Assembly: GCF_964355755.1 (NCBI RefSeq)
Contig: NC_092670.1
Span: 13,130,795-13,194,794, forward strand
Source of the DNA: Antedon mediterranea
Lineage: Eukaryota; Animalia; Echinodermata
Reading direction: 5' to 3'
DNA length: 64,000 nucleotides
The notes beneath the pieces were generated by a model. The model was not told the origin of the DNA. It saw nothing but the letters and a program-made list of their open reading frames with translations, and did no database searches. Shown here piece after piece: positions 13,520 to 26,483 of the stretch (positions within the stretch are counted from its first letter, which is position 1; each line of letters begins with the position of its first letter). The translations under genes were made by a program, and so were the position numbers.

Positions 13520-15225
13520 TATCCCCAGCAGCATGGGGTACCACGATTGGGATGGCCAATCTGGTACTACTAGAATTCCCTACGCCTTGTCTTGTATTAT
13601 TTTCTGTATAACCCTGAGAACACAATTAAAAGGGGAAAAGCAATAAAATAATATATTTTGCCATGATATTGTAAACGCATCAATATCTGTTGCATATGGA
13701 TCTTGCCTATAAGAGATGTATTTATCAAATTGTTTATTTAGTCTTGATGCAAAATCAATTGTGGGTAGAACATTAAGTTTCGTTAGAACCTCACATAAAG
13801 TTTTAGAATTTTGCATCCATTCTGTATCTATATTCTGTCTTCGAGATTCAAATCAGCAGTAACATTAAGCACTCCTGGTATGTGGATTGCAGTAATCCAA
13901 ATATTATTATAATATTATGCCCAAATTGTCCATGTAATATCATTACAAGGATCACTGTGACATGTTTCCATATTATTTATAATGGAAACAGCAGTAGTAA
14001 TGTTAATTATGAGCTTTACCTGTTCACCTAGAACTTGTTTGGAAAAAGATTTCAGGCCAAAATATGCAGCTAATAGCTCTAAATAATTTATATTTTCTCT
14101 CATTTACTGTCCAATGACCACCTGTAGCGGCTTCACCCATTGCTACCACAAACCAGAAAGAGAGGCGTCTGTGTAAATAGTTAAATCAATTGCTAAATGT
14201 CAAATTACATTAAAACATTGTGGTAGGTTTATCAGCCACCATTGTAGATCCTCAATAGCCGAGGATGACAAACACATTTTAGAGTCGAAATTTCCTCTGG
14301 CTGTCTTTAAAGCATTCATCTTATCCCTCTCCACTGCCCGATAATGGCATTTACCATATTGTACAGCAGGGAAGCTTGACACCATATACCCCAATAATCT
14401 GTGCTATCTCTCGAATTGTTGGAGTAGGTGTTGCCAATATCCTGGTAATACAGTCAGTAAATCGATCAATTTTGGACTTGTCAAAGTAATTTTCATATTA
14501 CCTGAATTAATATTAAAACCTAAGAATGTGATACTTTGTGTAGGTATAAAACTGATTTTTCAGGATGTATGACAAAACCTAAATTATCAAACATCTTTAT
14601 TGTTTCCATAATAGTATCAATACATCTCTAATAATAGTAGATCATCAATATAGGCACATAAAATATGTCCTCTCTTTCTCAGAAAACTAAGTGGTGGTTT
14701 TAATAGTTTGGTAAATGTTCGTGGGCAAAAGGAAAGACCATTTGGATATGCTGTAAATTTATAAAGTTCTCCCTGATAGTGAAATTTTAGATACTTCTGA
14801 GAATCCTTGTGTATTCCCACACTATAATATGCATCCTTTAAGTCAATAGAGGCCATCCAACAATTCTTCGTTATCATACTTAATGCGGTATTGATTGTGT
14901 CCATTTTAAAGTGTTTATATTCAATATATTTGTTTAGTGATTTTAAATTTAAAATTATGAGTGCCCTATTATCTTTCTTAGGAACTGAAAAAATTGGAGA
15001 TACATATTCCCCTGGTTCATATGCACATTTAACCAGTACACGTTTAGTTAACAGTGCCTGTATTTCATGTTCTACTAAGTTGATGTGATTCTTTACAATA
15101 AAATTTGATGGACGTGTAATGGTTGGTGGTGGAGGACTTAAAAATTGTATGATTTCACCCTTCACTGAATTTAGGATTGTATGGTCAGAAGTTAGTTCTT
15201 GCCATTTTTCTATAAATTTTTTCAA
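13520..15225 (-). pseudogene. DIRS RT / RNase H / methyltransferase-like ORF, fragmented
   Basis: SPIFSVPKKD, ASIDLKDAYY, YIDD; HINYLELLAA-type RNase H motif (ENINYLELLAA); IDFASRLN..DAFTISW..YCFSPF. Confidence 0.93.
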
Positions 15226-15357
15226 TTGGCCACCAACAAATGTTCTACTCGATAGTCTAAGTATCGTTTAAGATCATTTAACTCAGAGTGTGCCTTTACC
15301 TGTGAATCTATCGCCGGTAATTTGTCGATATGTCTGAGGGTTGTACCCTCTCTGAGG

Positions 15358-15458
15358 TAAACAAGGCCAACAGACATAAGTCGCGTGCTAAAACGCATAG
15401 TGATACCAGACCGACCGACATACAGTGAACTATAGAGTCGCGTCCACGCGACTAAAAA
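15358..15458. mobile_element. Short Helentron/HINE-like insertion within the DIRS
   Basis: Starts aaacaagg, contains gaccgaccgac microrepeat, ends with stem-loop agtcgcg-tcca-cgcgact followed by aaaaa. Confidence 0.5.
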
Positions 15459-15459
15459 G

Positions 15460-16165
15460 GTCTTCTCTGTGTAGTGTATGGGGCATATCTGCCTACTTCT
15501 CCCTGGTTTTTCATAATCCTCCCTTCCAGTTTTGAATCAGTCATAACCTGTTTTAAGTCATTGCCAAATAGCATTCTTTCAGGTTTGTTTGTTCTTAAAC
15601 ATGCATTTTTGAGGTCTGTGCTTAGTAGCGGTCTTAATGTGTCCCTCCTTTTATACGATAACTCTTTGTTGACAAAACCCAAGAGGGCTACAGAGTCAAA
15701 CAGGCGGGTAGCTGTTAGCATATAATCAGGAGCCTTTTTTGGATTCTTTCGCCTTAAGCATATCTTCGATACAAATAGCAATGGCACTTTTGGTACATAT
15801 ACTTCTTTTAGATTACCAGGTATCTAGACTCAGTGCAGATTCAAATTTAGCATTTATTATCTTTGCGATTTTTTTCCGATATGTCAGGCCCAACATTGTT
15901 GTCAACACATAGGGACGTATCTATTAGTATTAGCTTATTAAGGATGGAGTCTACATTTTCCTCCTCCACCTCTTCAAAATCATCCCCTCCGATTATTTGA
16001 GTTATCATTAGAGGTATGTGCTGCATGTGCAGTATTTGATGCTTCCTGTGAAGCTGGAGTGTATGCTTCCTGTGAAGCTAGTGTGTATGCTTCCTGTGAA
16101 GCTGGTGTGTTAATTGCTTCATTTGAAGACAATTGAATAGGCTTGGCTCTACTAAGCTCGCCCAA
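15460..16165 (-). pseudogene. DIRS gag-like ORF1 remnant
   Basis: [29 protein letters not shown] is typical of animal DIRS ORF1 and lies upstream of RT. Confidence 0.75.
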
Positions 16166-19100
16166 CAGTGTATTATTAGTCTACTACCAGTCGAGCAGCA
16201 AAGTGCTCATTTAACCGTTAAAACGCTGTTTTTTAACTGCGCAGGTCACTGAGCATCGTCAAGTTATAGTGACTTCCGGTTCGCTTTTCACTTCGCGGCA
16301 AGCATTTTGCATGGGAATACCCTTACAAATCTGCTGCAATTTCCACCATCCGGGTTATATTATATCTTTCTATATTTGGAAATTGTTACTCCTAATATGG
16401 AAGATTATTCCCGCCACAAAATTTTGGTATAAATAGCCCAGGAAATGACGACAGAGCTTATTGAAGAAAAAAGTGCAGATGGAGGTGTTCGTTGAGGTAG
16501 GCTACATGATTTATTTGTTTGGTTTCGTAGGGAATCCGGCACTTTTCTCATCAGCACGGAACCTTTATAAAAACTTAGTGGTTGGTTATTAGGTTATTAA
16601 TCTATCTTTTCTGAAAGTTTAAGCTTGGTTCAGCTTGTGGGACGGATTCAATATCCGTTCAAAGCTGGGGATATATTCTAAGCAGACTCCATCTTGGATT
16701 CGTATGTTTAGTACAGGCCGTGTGGTTGAGTAATTTCAATCCTTCAAAATTACTATGTGCAATCCGTTTTTAAACCAGTTAATATACCAAAATATGTTAT
16801 TAGTAGCTTTATTATTTTGGATTTGGTGCTAGTTTGGTAAATATTGCAATATAATTGTAGATGATTTGGTTGTAAAAAATGTACCCAACTTGTAGTAGTA
16901 TTATCTAGGCCTAGGCCTAGCCCATTTGACGGAAACCCAGTGCTATTTGTAGGCGGATAGAGAGGGCCGCAGGCTAGTTTTTAGTGGCATATCGCCGACT
17001 TATTATAATCAATGTGAAGCCATATTATTATTATGTTTAAAATGTTGAATCTATATCTACTGGATTATGGATATATATCGTCGGATATTTAAAGAAAAGC
17101 CTAGCCTAGGCCTAGACCTTTTGATTTATTTAATTAATTTAGGACTATATTACGGGAAATTCTTTGCCAAAGAAAAGAAAATACGTTGGAGGTTTGTAAA
17201 TATATGACAATAATGTAGCCTAGGCTAGGAAGGACTGTAGGTAGGATGAGGTAATTTGGATGGTCGTACATATGATATTTATATATACAGTATTGTGTAT
17301 AGTAGTGATCATGGCGACAAAATTTAGGATGACTAAAGTTGACATTAAAATTATTTAACTATGAATAGCTCATTATTGGTGTTTTTTTTTTCTTTCAGGT
17401 TTCTAAGAATAAACTATCCGACTTGTGATTCATCTTGTGCTGCAAAAACAATCCTATTTTGATATTTGTAAATTGATGTACGTAACAGATGTCTTTAAAA
17501 ATAAAAAAAAAATAAATTTTTTTATTATCGCGATGATTTAACTCAAATATTGACATATATAACTTGATATTTTAGCCTGAGCAAGATAGTTTGATAGGCA
17601 TATTTTACTTCGATGTAAATAAGATATTACATGTTATACTGTATGTAAAATACTTTTTTGTAAATAAAATTATTTAATGGTGGTTAATTTATTAACTTGT
17701 TAATTTGTTTGTTAGTTATGATGTTATACTATTAATTATTTAGTTAGTAACCAAAGTGGAGTGGATTCGTGGCAGTTGCAACTTGACTGTAATATGCATA
17801 TATATAATAATATTTACTTCTTCTTGGATAAAGTTAAAGCAAAATAAGCAATAATAAAAATTAAATATTCATTTTGCCATAAAGAAAGCAAAAACTAAAC
17901 ATACAGTACTACTGTATATGTACAGTAATACCATGGACCTATAGGTCCATGGTAATACATACTGTAGTATTGAGCACCAGTAGCAGAGACGTCTGGACAA
18001 TCGAATATAATCGTTATCAGCTGTCTGGGTACCCAAGGCTAGTGCTAGAAAATGGCGAAAATTCGTGTATTCATTCGCCGTCAGCGAAATGAATCCGGCA
18101 CTTTTCTCATCAGAAGCAAATCAACAAATCCTTTTTATCAGTTTGTTTTGATATATAATCTGGATAATATATATTAAAATGGCCTTGGTTCAAGCATGTT
18201 TAACAGGTAAAATCAGATTTTTTCCTACCTAGGCCCCTTAGCACTGCGGTACCCTACGCCGTGTGGGGGAACCGATCTCGGCAGTATTTCTTAAGTAGCC
18301 TATCTTTCGTAAAATCCTTAGTTGAATTTTATTAATATAAATTTAATTGTATGAATATGCTATTTAAATGTTATTGAAATTTTTTTTGCTGCATTTTGTA
18401 ATTCCGCACTACTTGCTTTATCGCGATTCCAAGATGGCGGCAATTCAAATTTTGATTTGGTAATAATTCGCGAGGTCAACCACTTTGCTGCCCGACTGCT
18501 ACGATGCATTGCAGCTAACACATTTACAAGCGATGAGCCCTTCGCTGTAGTGTTGGCGATAGCGGCGGGGTCTCTTCGGGATCCGTCTCTTCATCGCCTA
18601 CTACGGCGGGAAGCGCGCCGGCGGGAAAACCCTCGCGTGACCTAGCTAGTACTACTATACTACTAGCCTAGGCTAGTATCAGTAGAAATGTAATCACTGT
18701 TCTCCATATAGAGAAAACAAGAAATAACCTGTTCTAAAAAACGGTCTGTAGTGTCTATATACTTATCTGAATTGACCAGTCTAGGTGGAAATTCTACAAA
18801 AACTTTGAAACTGTAGTTTGGAAATTTATTCTATCTGATATAAATGAAAATGACTAGCAGCATGTACATGAACGGTACAACTGGCATACGCATGCGCGGT
18901 ACTCTCTCTCGTACTACTACTCCGTAGCGACATAGGCTGATGACGAAATAGAATGTCGATGTCTTCTCGTTGAAAACTTGACGCAGCAGAGAGAGAGAGA
19001 GAGAGATCGCTCTTTGCGCGTTCAATATATTTACAACAGCGATTTGCATAACTTTACGCGTTGAGCGCACACACGCAAATATGTGTGTGAAGTTCCTACA

Positions 19101-19118
19101 TAGCTCCCCCTAGCTCTT
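19101..19118 (-). promoter_or_regulatory. Polypurine tract of the Gypsy element
   Basis: Minus strand aaagagctagggggagcta immediately precedes the 3' LTR start TGTAGG. Confidence 0.75.
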
Positions 19119-19173
19119 TGCCGCTAGGTGAGAGCGATAGAAAAAATAAGTTCATAAAGTTAGTAAAAAGTAT

Positions 19174-22100
19174 TCAGGTACAGTCACGCTCATTTAATTT
19201 TTGTGGCCAATGTACGTGTCGTCCAGAGCGAGTTTGGCGGGGTGGCGACGGTGCGATTGCAATGTGCGTCTCTGTCGTATGATGTTGCTGCCTGACTAGG
19301 TCCGTAGAATTAGTTTGATCCGTATCTAAGTAAGCCGGTTTCAGTCTATCGAGACTTACTGTGTCCTGTTTTCCTGCGAGTTGTACAACGAAAAATGTGT
19401 CGCTCCTGCTAACAACTTTAAACGGGCCATTGTAAGGGCACTGTAGAGGCTTGCGGACTTTATCACAGCGAATGAAAACGTGTGTACACTTAGCTAAATC
19501 TGTATGTACGTGTACCTTACGAGAATTGTGTCGCGTCGGTGTTGGACGTATGTTTTGCATAATGCGCTGCAGTCGATGAATATAGTTACTAGGGTCCAAG
19601 TCAGCATTAGTGGAAGAAGGCGTAACAAACTGCCCTGGCAAACGTAACGTGGTGCCGAAAACTAATTCTGCTGACGATAGCCCCAAATCTTCCTTGACCA
19701 CCGTGCGAAGACCAAGAAGTACTAGCGGTAAAGCATCTGACCATAGCTGAGGGTCGTCGAGGGCCTTAAGCGAGTTGGCGATGGAACCTTTCTACTAATC
19801 CATTGGCTATTGGGTGGTATGATGTAGTGTGTATGCGTTTCGTACCCAGTAAGTTCACTAGCGCATTAAACAGCGATGATTCAAACTGGCTGCCACGATC
19901 GGTAGTAATGGTCGATGGTGCCCCAAACATGGACACCCATTTACAAACGAAAGCTTTAGCGACGGTTGCTGCCGAAATATCGGGAATAGGTATGGCTTCT
20001 GCCCATCTCGTAAAACGGTCAATGCATGTCAATAGGTAGCTGTTGCCATCAGACGGTGGAAGCGGACCAACAAGGTCGATGTGGACATGATCGAAACGCG
20101 CGTCTGGTGTGGCAAAAGTTCCCAACGGTGTAACAGTGTGGCGATGTACTTTTGCCTTTTGACACGGAACACAACACTTCGCCCAGTTACGTACGTCGCG
20201 ATTCATGCTAGGCAAAACGTATCGAGTACTCACTAACTTCAATGTAGCCCTAATTCCAGGATGCGATAGTGAATGTAACGAATCGAAAACGGCCCTGCGC
20301 AACTCCTTAGGGACGAAAGGTCGAGGAGTGCCCGTACTTATGTCACATACGATAGTTCCATCACTGGTGGCTATTGGTGCGTCATGTAAATCAAAAGTTG
20401 ACTCCTGCAAATGACGAAGTAACTCCTCATCATTCTTCTGCTGCTCGGCCATGACTGTGAAGTCAATGACATCTGACGACTTCGCAGTAAGGACAGGTGT
20501 GTTAAAGGTGTTAAGATTGATGCGAGATAATGCGTCTGCAACTTCGTTTTGCGAACCCTTAACGTGTCAGACATCGGTGGTAAATTGTGAGATGTAATCT
20601 AGGTGACGAATCTCTCGAGGTGAGTAGCGGTCCGAGCTTGCTTTCAGTGCAAATGTGAGCGGTTTGTGATCTGTGAGGATGAAAAATTCCCTTGCTTCAA
20701 GCAAATGACGAAAATGTCGGATTGCAAGGTAAGCGGCTAACAGTTCTCGTCCGAATGTGCTGTACCTTGTTTCAGCTGGATTCATTCTGCGCGAGAAGAA
20801 TGCGATAGGATGCCAGACGTCTTTTACCATCTGTTGTAGCACACCACCAACCGCAAAGTTAGATGCATCAACCATTAAACATAATGTGGCGGATGAATCG
20901 GGATGTTCCAGATAAGTTGCCTCTGCAAGTGCTACCTTAACAGCCTCAAAGGCCGTAATCGCCGTCGGTGGTAATGTAATTGATTTTCGAGGTTTACCTG
21001 CCAGTAAATCAGTCAACGGATGAACTATATCTGAACATTGAGGAATAAAACGCCTGTAGAAGTTGATTAATCCTAAGAATTCACGCAGTTTACGGACTGT
21101 GTCGGGTACAGGAAATGTTTCGATAGCTTCTATCTTGGAACGTAGTGGTCGGATACCCATGTCATCGATATGATGTCCCAGAAATGTCAAAGACGAAACT
21201 CCCCATTCACATTTGACAGGATTAACTACAATACCAAATTCTTCAAGACGGTCGAACAACAACTTGAGGTGAATTTCATGTTCTTGTTCGTCATTGCTGG
21301 CTATGAGAAGATCGTCGATGTATGCGTATACAAAATCCAAACCACGTAAAACTTTATCGATGAACCGCTGGAATGTCTGTGCTGCGTTTCTAAGTCCAAA
21401 CGGCATTCTTAAAAATTCGAACATCCCAAATGGTGTCGTTATTCCGGTTTTCGGCACATCTTCTGGTGCAACAGGTATCTGGTGATAGGCTCGTACCAGG
21501 TCAATCTTAGAGAAAACTTTCTTTCCCTGAAGCGTAGCTGTGAAATCGTGAATATGAGGGATTGGATATCTATCCGGAACTGTAGCATTATTGAGGGCTC
21601 TGTAGTCTCCACATGGTCTCCAATCACCTTCTGTTTGCTTCACAACCATGTGAAGCGGCGAAGACCAGCAACTTTTTGACGGTTGAATAATGCCCAGCTG
21701 AAGCATATGGTCGAACTCAGCTCGTGCGATCTTGAGTTTCTGTGGAGCCAATCTCCGAGGTCGGGCAGCGATCGATGGACCTTTGGTATAGTTATACGAT
21801 GAGTGACATCATGCTTTAGTTTGGCCTCTTTGAAACTCGGACGTGTAATTTTAGGAAAATATTTGCCTAGTATTGATTCATAACGTGAATTAATCACAGG
21901 TCGAAGCAAAACAGGACTAAGCGAGCAGAGCTTAGATGCAGTACCTTGCACACTTAAATTTGTAGTAGAATCAATTAACTTGCGGTGTTTAACATCGACT
22001 AACAAACCAAAATGTTGCAGAAAGTCTGCGCCGACAATTGCTGAGGGAACATCGGCTATAGTAAACACCCATCTGCATGTCCGTCTAAAACCAAAATCAA

Positions 22101-22365
22101 GTGTTAAAGATCGTTCACCATAGGTGTTGATTTGAGAGTTGTTAACTGCTTGCAAAACAAAATCACTTTTTCGCTGTTGACGGTCTTGTTTTGTTGCAGG
22201 AAGGACGCTAATCTCGGCTCCCGTATCTACTAAAAACTTTAGTCCAGTATCTCTATCATAAATGTGAAATAAGCGACTATCAGAAACGGTGCCGGACGAA
22301 TTCGTCGCAGTTATTCGCCGGCTTTGGAGTTTTCCGAAGTTGGGAAACTGCATGGCGACCTGCAC
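19174..22365 (-). pseudogene. Gypsy pol (PR-RT-RH-INT) with frameshifts
   Basis: FLVDTGA protease; [17 protein letters not shown] reverse transcriptase; DAS..ELLA..TDHKPL RNase H; HHCC, DLVGP, TDRG, ER and GPF integrase motifs. Confidence 0.97.
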
Positions 22366-23192
22366 CTACGTGCTGCCTTGCCAAACCGGGTGTGATACCA
22401 GCACTGCTCTGAGTCATTTTCATTGGTTTGTGTTCGTTTAGCACTGGAAGAACGGTTCTGATTTCGGCTTCTGCTCCTGCTCTTATCCCGATGTTGATAT
22501 TTTACCAAGGATGATACCATTGCGGTCAACTTGTTAATTTCAGCTCGTAGCGTTTGAATTTCGTTTCGGTCGGCGTTAGCACTTGTGGGGTTAGAGATTG
22601 CGGCTACTCTGGGTTGGCTGGGAGACACCTCTAAAATTCTGTCGGCTAATTCCGCTATCTGAGCGACGGTAACGTTTCCGCCTGTTGCGGCTAAAATCAG
22701 TTGCACGTTATTGGGCAATCGCTGAATGAACAACTGTTTCAAGATCGAATCCTCTAATGTGCGGCTGCCTACTAACAACTGAAACATTTTGCGCAATAGT
22801 TGTGTTGGTTTTCTGTCACCCAATTCCTCCGTAGTGAGCAGTTGGTGCAACCGTTTCTTCTCCGAATCGGAGGTCCGTTTAATAACTCTTCCTTTAACTT
22901 GCTGTATGGACCCTCAGCAGGAGGAGCTAAGAACAGATCACGTACCTCCTGGACGATCGAAGGCTGTAACGACGCCACGATATAGGCAAATTTCGTAGCT
23001 TCCGTGGTAATAATATTGCGAGTTGCGAACTGCGCTTCCACTTGGGCAAACCATATCGTTAGCCCAAAATGGTGGTAGCTTGAGGGTAAATGCCGCTAAA
23101 GGTAATGCGTGTTGCGTGGCGACTGGTACCCCAGCATTACCTCCCGCTTGATCCACAGCAACTGCTGCTTCGGCTGGAGGAGGATCTTCCAT
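22311..23192 (-). pseudogene. Gypsy gag, frameshifted
   Basis: LKLPPFW, EAQF, ELGDRKPTQLLR and CWYH..FG..ARRC..PC motifs spread over three frames. Confidence 0.9.
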
Positions 23193-23423
23193 TTTCGCCT
23201 CGAAAAAATTAATAATTGTTTTAGGCCTACCTTATAATTAAAAGTAAATTGTGTAACAGAAATGTTTTCAAAAATAGTTGTACGTAGTACTATTATATAG
23301 TACGATCAATGCTGTTTGCTGCCTCGTATACAGGATAGGCTTAGATAGGCCGAGTATCGCTAATAATACAAATGTTACATACAAGAAGTACAGCCTACAG
23401 ATGAATACTCCACTAGTCCATAC

Positions 23424-23443
23424 GAATCACGTCGGGGTCACCA
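23424..23443 (-). promoter_or_regulatory. Primer binding site complementary to tRNA-Trp
   Basis: + strand gaatcacgtcggggtcacca matches the eukaryotic tRNA-Trp 3' end plus CCA and lies next to the 5' LTR end. Confidence 0.88.
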
Positions 23444-23452
23444 CTTTAGGGA

Positions 23453-25389
23453 CAGGCCCGTATCCAGGGGGGGTGCGTTGGGTGCAGACGCACCCCCCCC
23501 CCCCAAGTCCAAAAAGGTCCACTATTTCCTCGGTTGGTATTTTTTCTTGTCTTGTTTAACTAAAGACAATATCATTATATATATATACAAAATTTACATT
23601 ATCAATGGTATACAAACAAAAATATGCTAATATAAAATGAAAAAATACCGGTAATTAAATTAGGGAATCTGAACTGACTACAAACTCGATGTAAAACATG
23701 CGCAGTCGATCATGTGACGACAAGAATAGCTTAGCGCTTCATGTACGCGGTACGCGGTAAAGTGTTTGCTGGAGAAATACAGACAACTTAACCGGCGGTA
23801 AAGACGTGTCTGGAAATACAGACACTATCGAATACGGCGCAACAAGGGAAGGCCAACTCAGACAGCGTCGTACGACGCTGGCTGAGTTGCAGTGTTGGCG
23901 CCAGCGGGGGGGGGGGGGCTACGGGGGCTCTATCCCCCTCGTCGGGGAGCCTAGCCCCCCCCCCCCCTCTCCCCCGTCGGGGAACACGGGTACTTTTTGT
24001 CGGGGAATATAATATACAGTAAAAAACCACGACGTTCCATTGACCGTGAGAGTACGGCAGAGGGCTAATATGCATTTTTATGCATTCATTATTGCCAGCG
24101 ATCTAACTTACTACTAAACATTAGCTAGGTACGCACTTGTCTGGCGGTATCCCTTTGTACGAATCGTTCAACGTTGGGTCGAGACGCGTGATATCAAGTT
24201 TCATCCAGGGACCAAAATGTGTAATGTGTTATTTTCCAGGCGAAGTTTACCGACGGTTACGTCGTGTACTGCGTCGACGTACGCTACACTACAGCAAAAA
24301 CGAATTATGTTAATTGTTCGTTTGTTCACCAATTTTTTAATTTACAAGTAACCTTCTGTACCGTGGGGCACCTAAAATAAATTTTTCATCCATTACTAAA
24401 CAACAAAAACATGCCATTTTCGCTTAGCCAACATTATAGCTATAGTTATTACATTTTCAATATCCTGTAACTGCATGTCATGAATTTCTCACCACTCGGA
24501 AGTCCAGATGGTACGCATGCATACACCTGGGAGGAATAAACTTATTTCCCCGACTGAAAAAGGTCTACGCTTGCGTTTTTTAAGCCTCTAGGCCTGATGT
24601 TTCCAAAGTATAAAATGCAATTTTTTGAAGACCTGCAGCTCTAGTTTTAAACATTTTCTTAGCTCAGCCCCAACAATAAAGCTGGTCATATTTCGAAAAA
24701 CAAGAAGTACATTTTCCGGGACCTAACATCTCTATTTTTCAAACATTTCTTAGCTCAGTCACAACCCATGATAGGGACTTATATATTTTTTTCATGTTTT
24801 GAAGTATAATAAGTCCAATTTCCGGGACATCCAACTCTATTTTTCTAAATTTTCTTTGCACTTTTATTTTTTAAATTGAAAAATATGGATTGAAACAGTC
24901 ATCGCGCATCGTTTTTTTGCACGCAGTATTTTATTTATGCATTATAAAAAATGGCTACCCTAAATCTGATTAAAAAGACCTCAAATGACGCTAGAACGCG
25001 TTGCTTCCGGGGGCTTCGCCCCCTGGACCCCCACCGGGGGCCCTTGGCGGCCCCCTGGCCCTCAGCCTAGTGATGATGCTCACTTCGCTCGCATAGCCCC
25101 CTCGTCGGGGAATGTAGCCCCTGCGTCGGGAAGATCCTGGCGCCACCCCTGCTGAGTTGGCCTCATCATGAAAGCGTTAAGTTCTGGTGTCCATCGTTCA
25201 ACTAGCCCAAGCCACAACAGAGAGTCTTAAATCAGTCTTTAGAACGTCAAATAACGCAAATTTTGCCAGGGCCTTCGGCCCCTGGACCCTCACCGGGGGC
25301 CCTTGGCGGCCCCCTGGCCCCCAGCCATTGTTGCTCGCTTCGCTCGCACCCCCCCCCCCCGCCCATTATAAATGCTGCATACGGGCCTG
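23453..25389. mobile_element. Non-autonomous TIR element with 5-bp TSD inserted in the Gypsy 5' LTR
   Basis: TIR caggcccgtatccag / ctgcatacgggcctg; TSD aggga at 23448-23452 and 25390-25394. Confidence 0.88.
23890..25151. mobile_element. Nested non-autonomous hAT element
   Basis: TIR cagtgttggcgccag / ctggcgccacccctg; 8-bp TSD ctgagttg at 23882-23889 and 25152-25159. Confidence 0.88.
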
Positions 25390-26034
25390 AGGGAATAAGT
25401 AATTCGGTCTTTACTTACCCTATTTAGAATACGGTAATGGAGTATTGTAGCAGTCAAACGATGTCCAAAGCTGGAAGTATCCTAGGCTCGAAGTAAATAA
25501 ACTACGGAGTGTAGAAACCACAATATCCACACGAAGCGCGTAGTATAGGTAGGCCTACGTGCGCAGTGTAAGGTTAATAGGCTAGGCTAGTTCAGGACAA
25601 TAATATATACAACGGTACAATAATTGAAAGACGATAACATACAGTAACACGTAGTAAAATATGTAAAGTTAAAACGCTAAATATCAAAATGTAATAGTAC
25701 TAATAATTAGGACAACTAATTATTATCGTAAAACTTGTACTAAAACTCGCAATGGTTTGCCCTGTCTTCTCGTTGAAAACTTGACGCAGCAGAGAGAGAG
25801 AGATCGCTCGTTGCGCGTTCACTATATTTACAACAGCAATTTGCATAACTTTACGCGTTGAGCGCACACACGCAAATATGTGTGTGAAGTTCCTACACAA
25901 CTACCCCCTTAGGATAACTACCCCCTTAGGATAACTACCCCCCGGTCAACTACCCCCCACTACCCCCCCTCCCCAATCCAAAAGTAGACAAATATATAGG
26001 ACCGGTTTCTGTAAAAATGAAATCATCTGTTTTT

Positions 26035-26483
26035 AACGGGTGTTTCGAAACTAGAGACCCGAGACCAGAGACCTGACACGAGACCCAATACGAAAAGGGA
26101 GACCTATATTTGGGTCTCCTTTTTCGTATATTAGGGTCTCCCTTTTCGTATAGTGTGGTCTCTCTTTTCGTATAGTGGGGTCTCCCTTTTCTTATAGTGG
26201 GGTCTCCCTTTTCTTATAGTGGGTCTCCCTTTTCTTATAGTGGGTCTCCCTTTTCTTATATTTGGGTCTCCCATTTTGTATATTAGGGTCTCCCTTTTCG
26301 TATAATTGGGTCTCCCTTTTCGTATATTTAGGTCTCCCTTTTCGTATATTAGGGTCTCCCTTTTCGTCGTATAGTGGGGTCTCCCTTTTCGTATAGTGGG
26401 GTCTCCCTTTTCGTACGTGGGTCTCCCTTTTCGTATTGGGTCTCGGGTCTCTGGTCTCGGGTCTCTAGTTTGAAACACCCGTT
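26035..26483. mobile_element. MITE with ~40-bp TIRs and an internal 21-22-bp tandem array (gggtctcccttttcgtata)
   Basis: aacgggtgtttcgaaactagagacccgagaccagagacc is mirrored at 26446-26483; no clear TSD. Confidence 0.85.

Larger units (their letters stand above)
10429..18954 (-). mobile_element. DIRS1-type tyrosine-recombinase retrotransposon inserted in the Gypsy 3' LTR
   Basis: Inverted termini (18881-18914 vs 10510-10543). An internal complementary region (10619-10746) matches both ends. AAT is shared at both junctions. gag, RT/RH, MT-like and YR remnants are present. Confidence 0.95.
10056..25897 (-). mobile_element. Ty3/Gypsy LTR retrotransposon, full length, degenerate, both LTRs interrupted
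   Basis: 5' LTR is 25897-25390 plus 23452-23446; 3' LTR is 19100-18955 plus 10428-10056. LTRs start TGTAGG. TSD caact at 10051-10055 and 25898-25902. PBS, PPT and gag-PR-RT-RH-INT order are present. Confidence 0.95.

Noticed and set aside
23424-23443. tRNA-Trp gene
   Set aside because: Only the 3' 20 nt including CCA, adjacent to an LTR, so it is a PBS.
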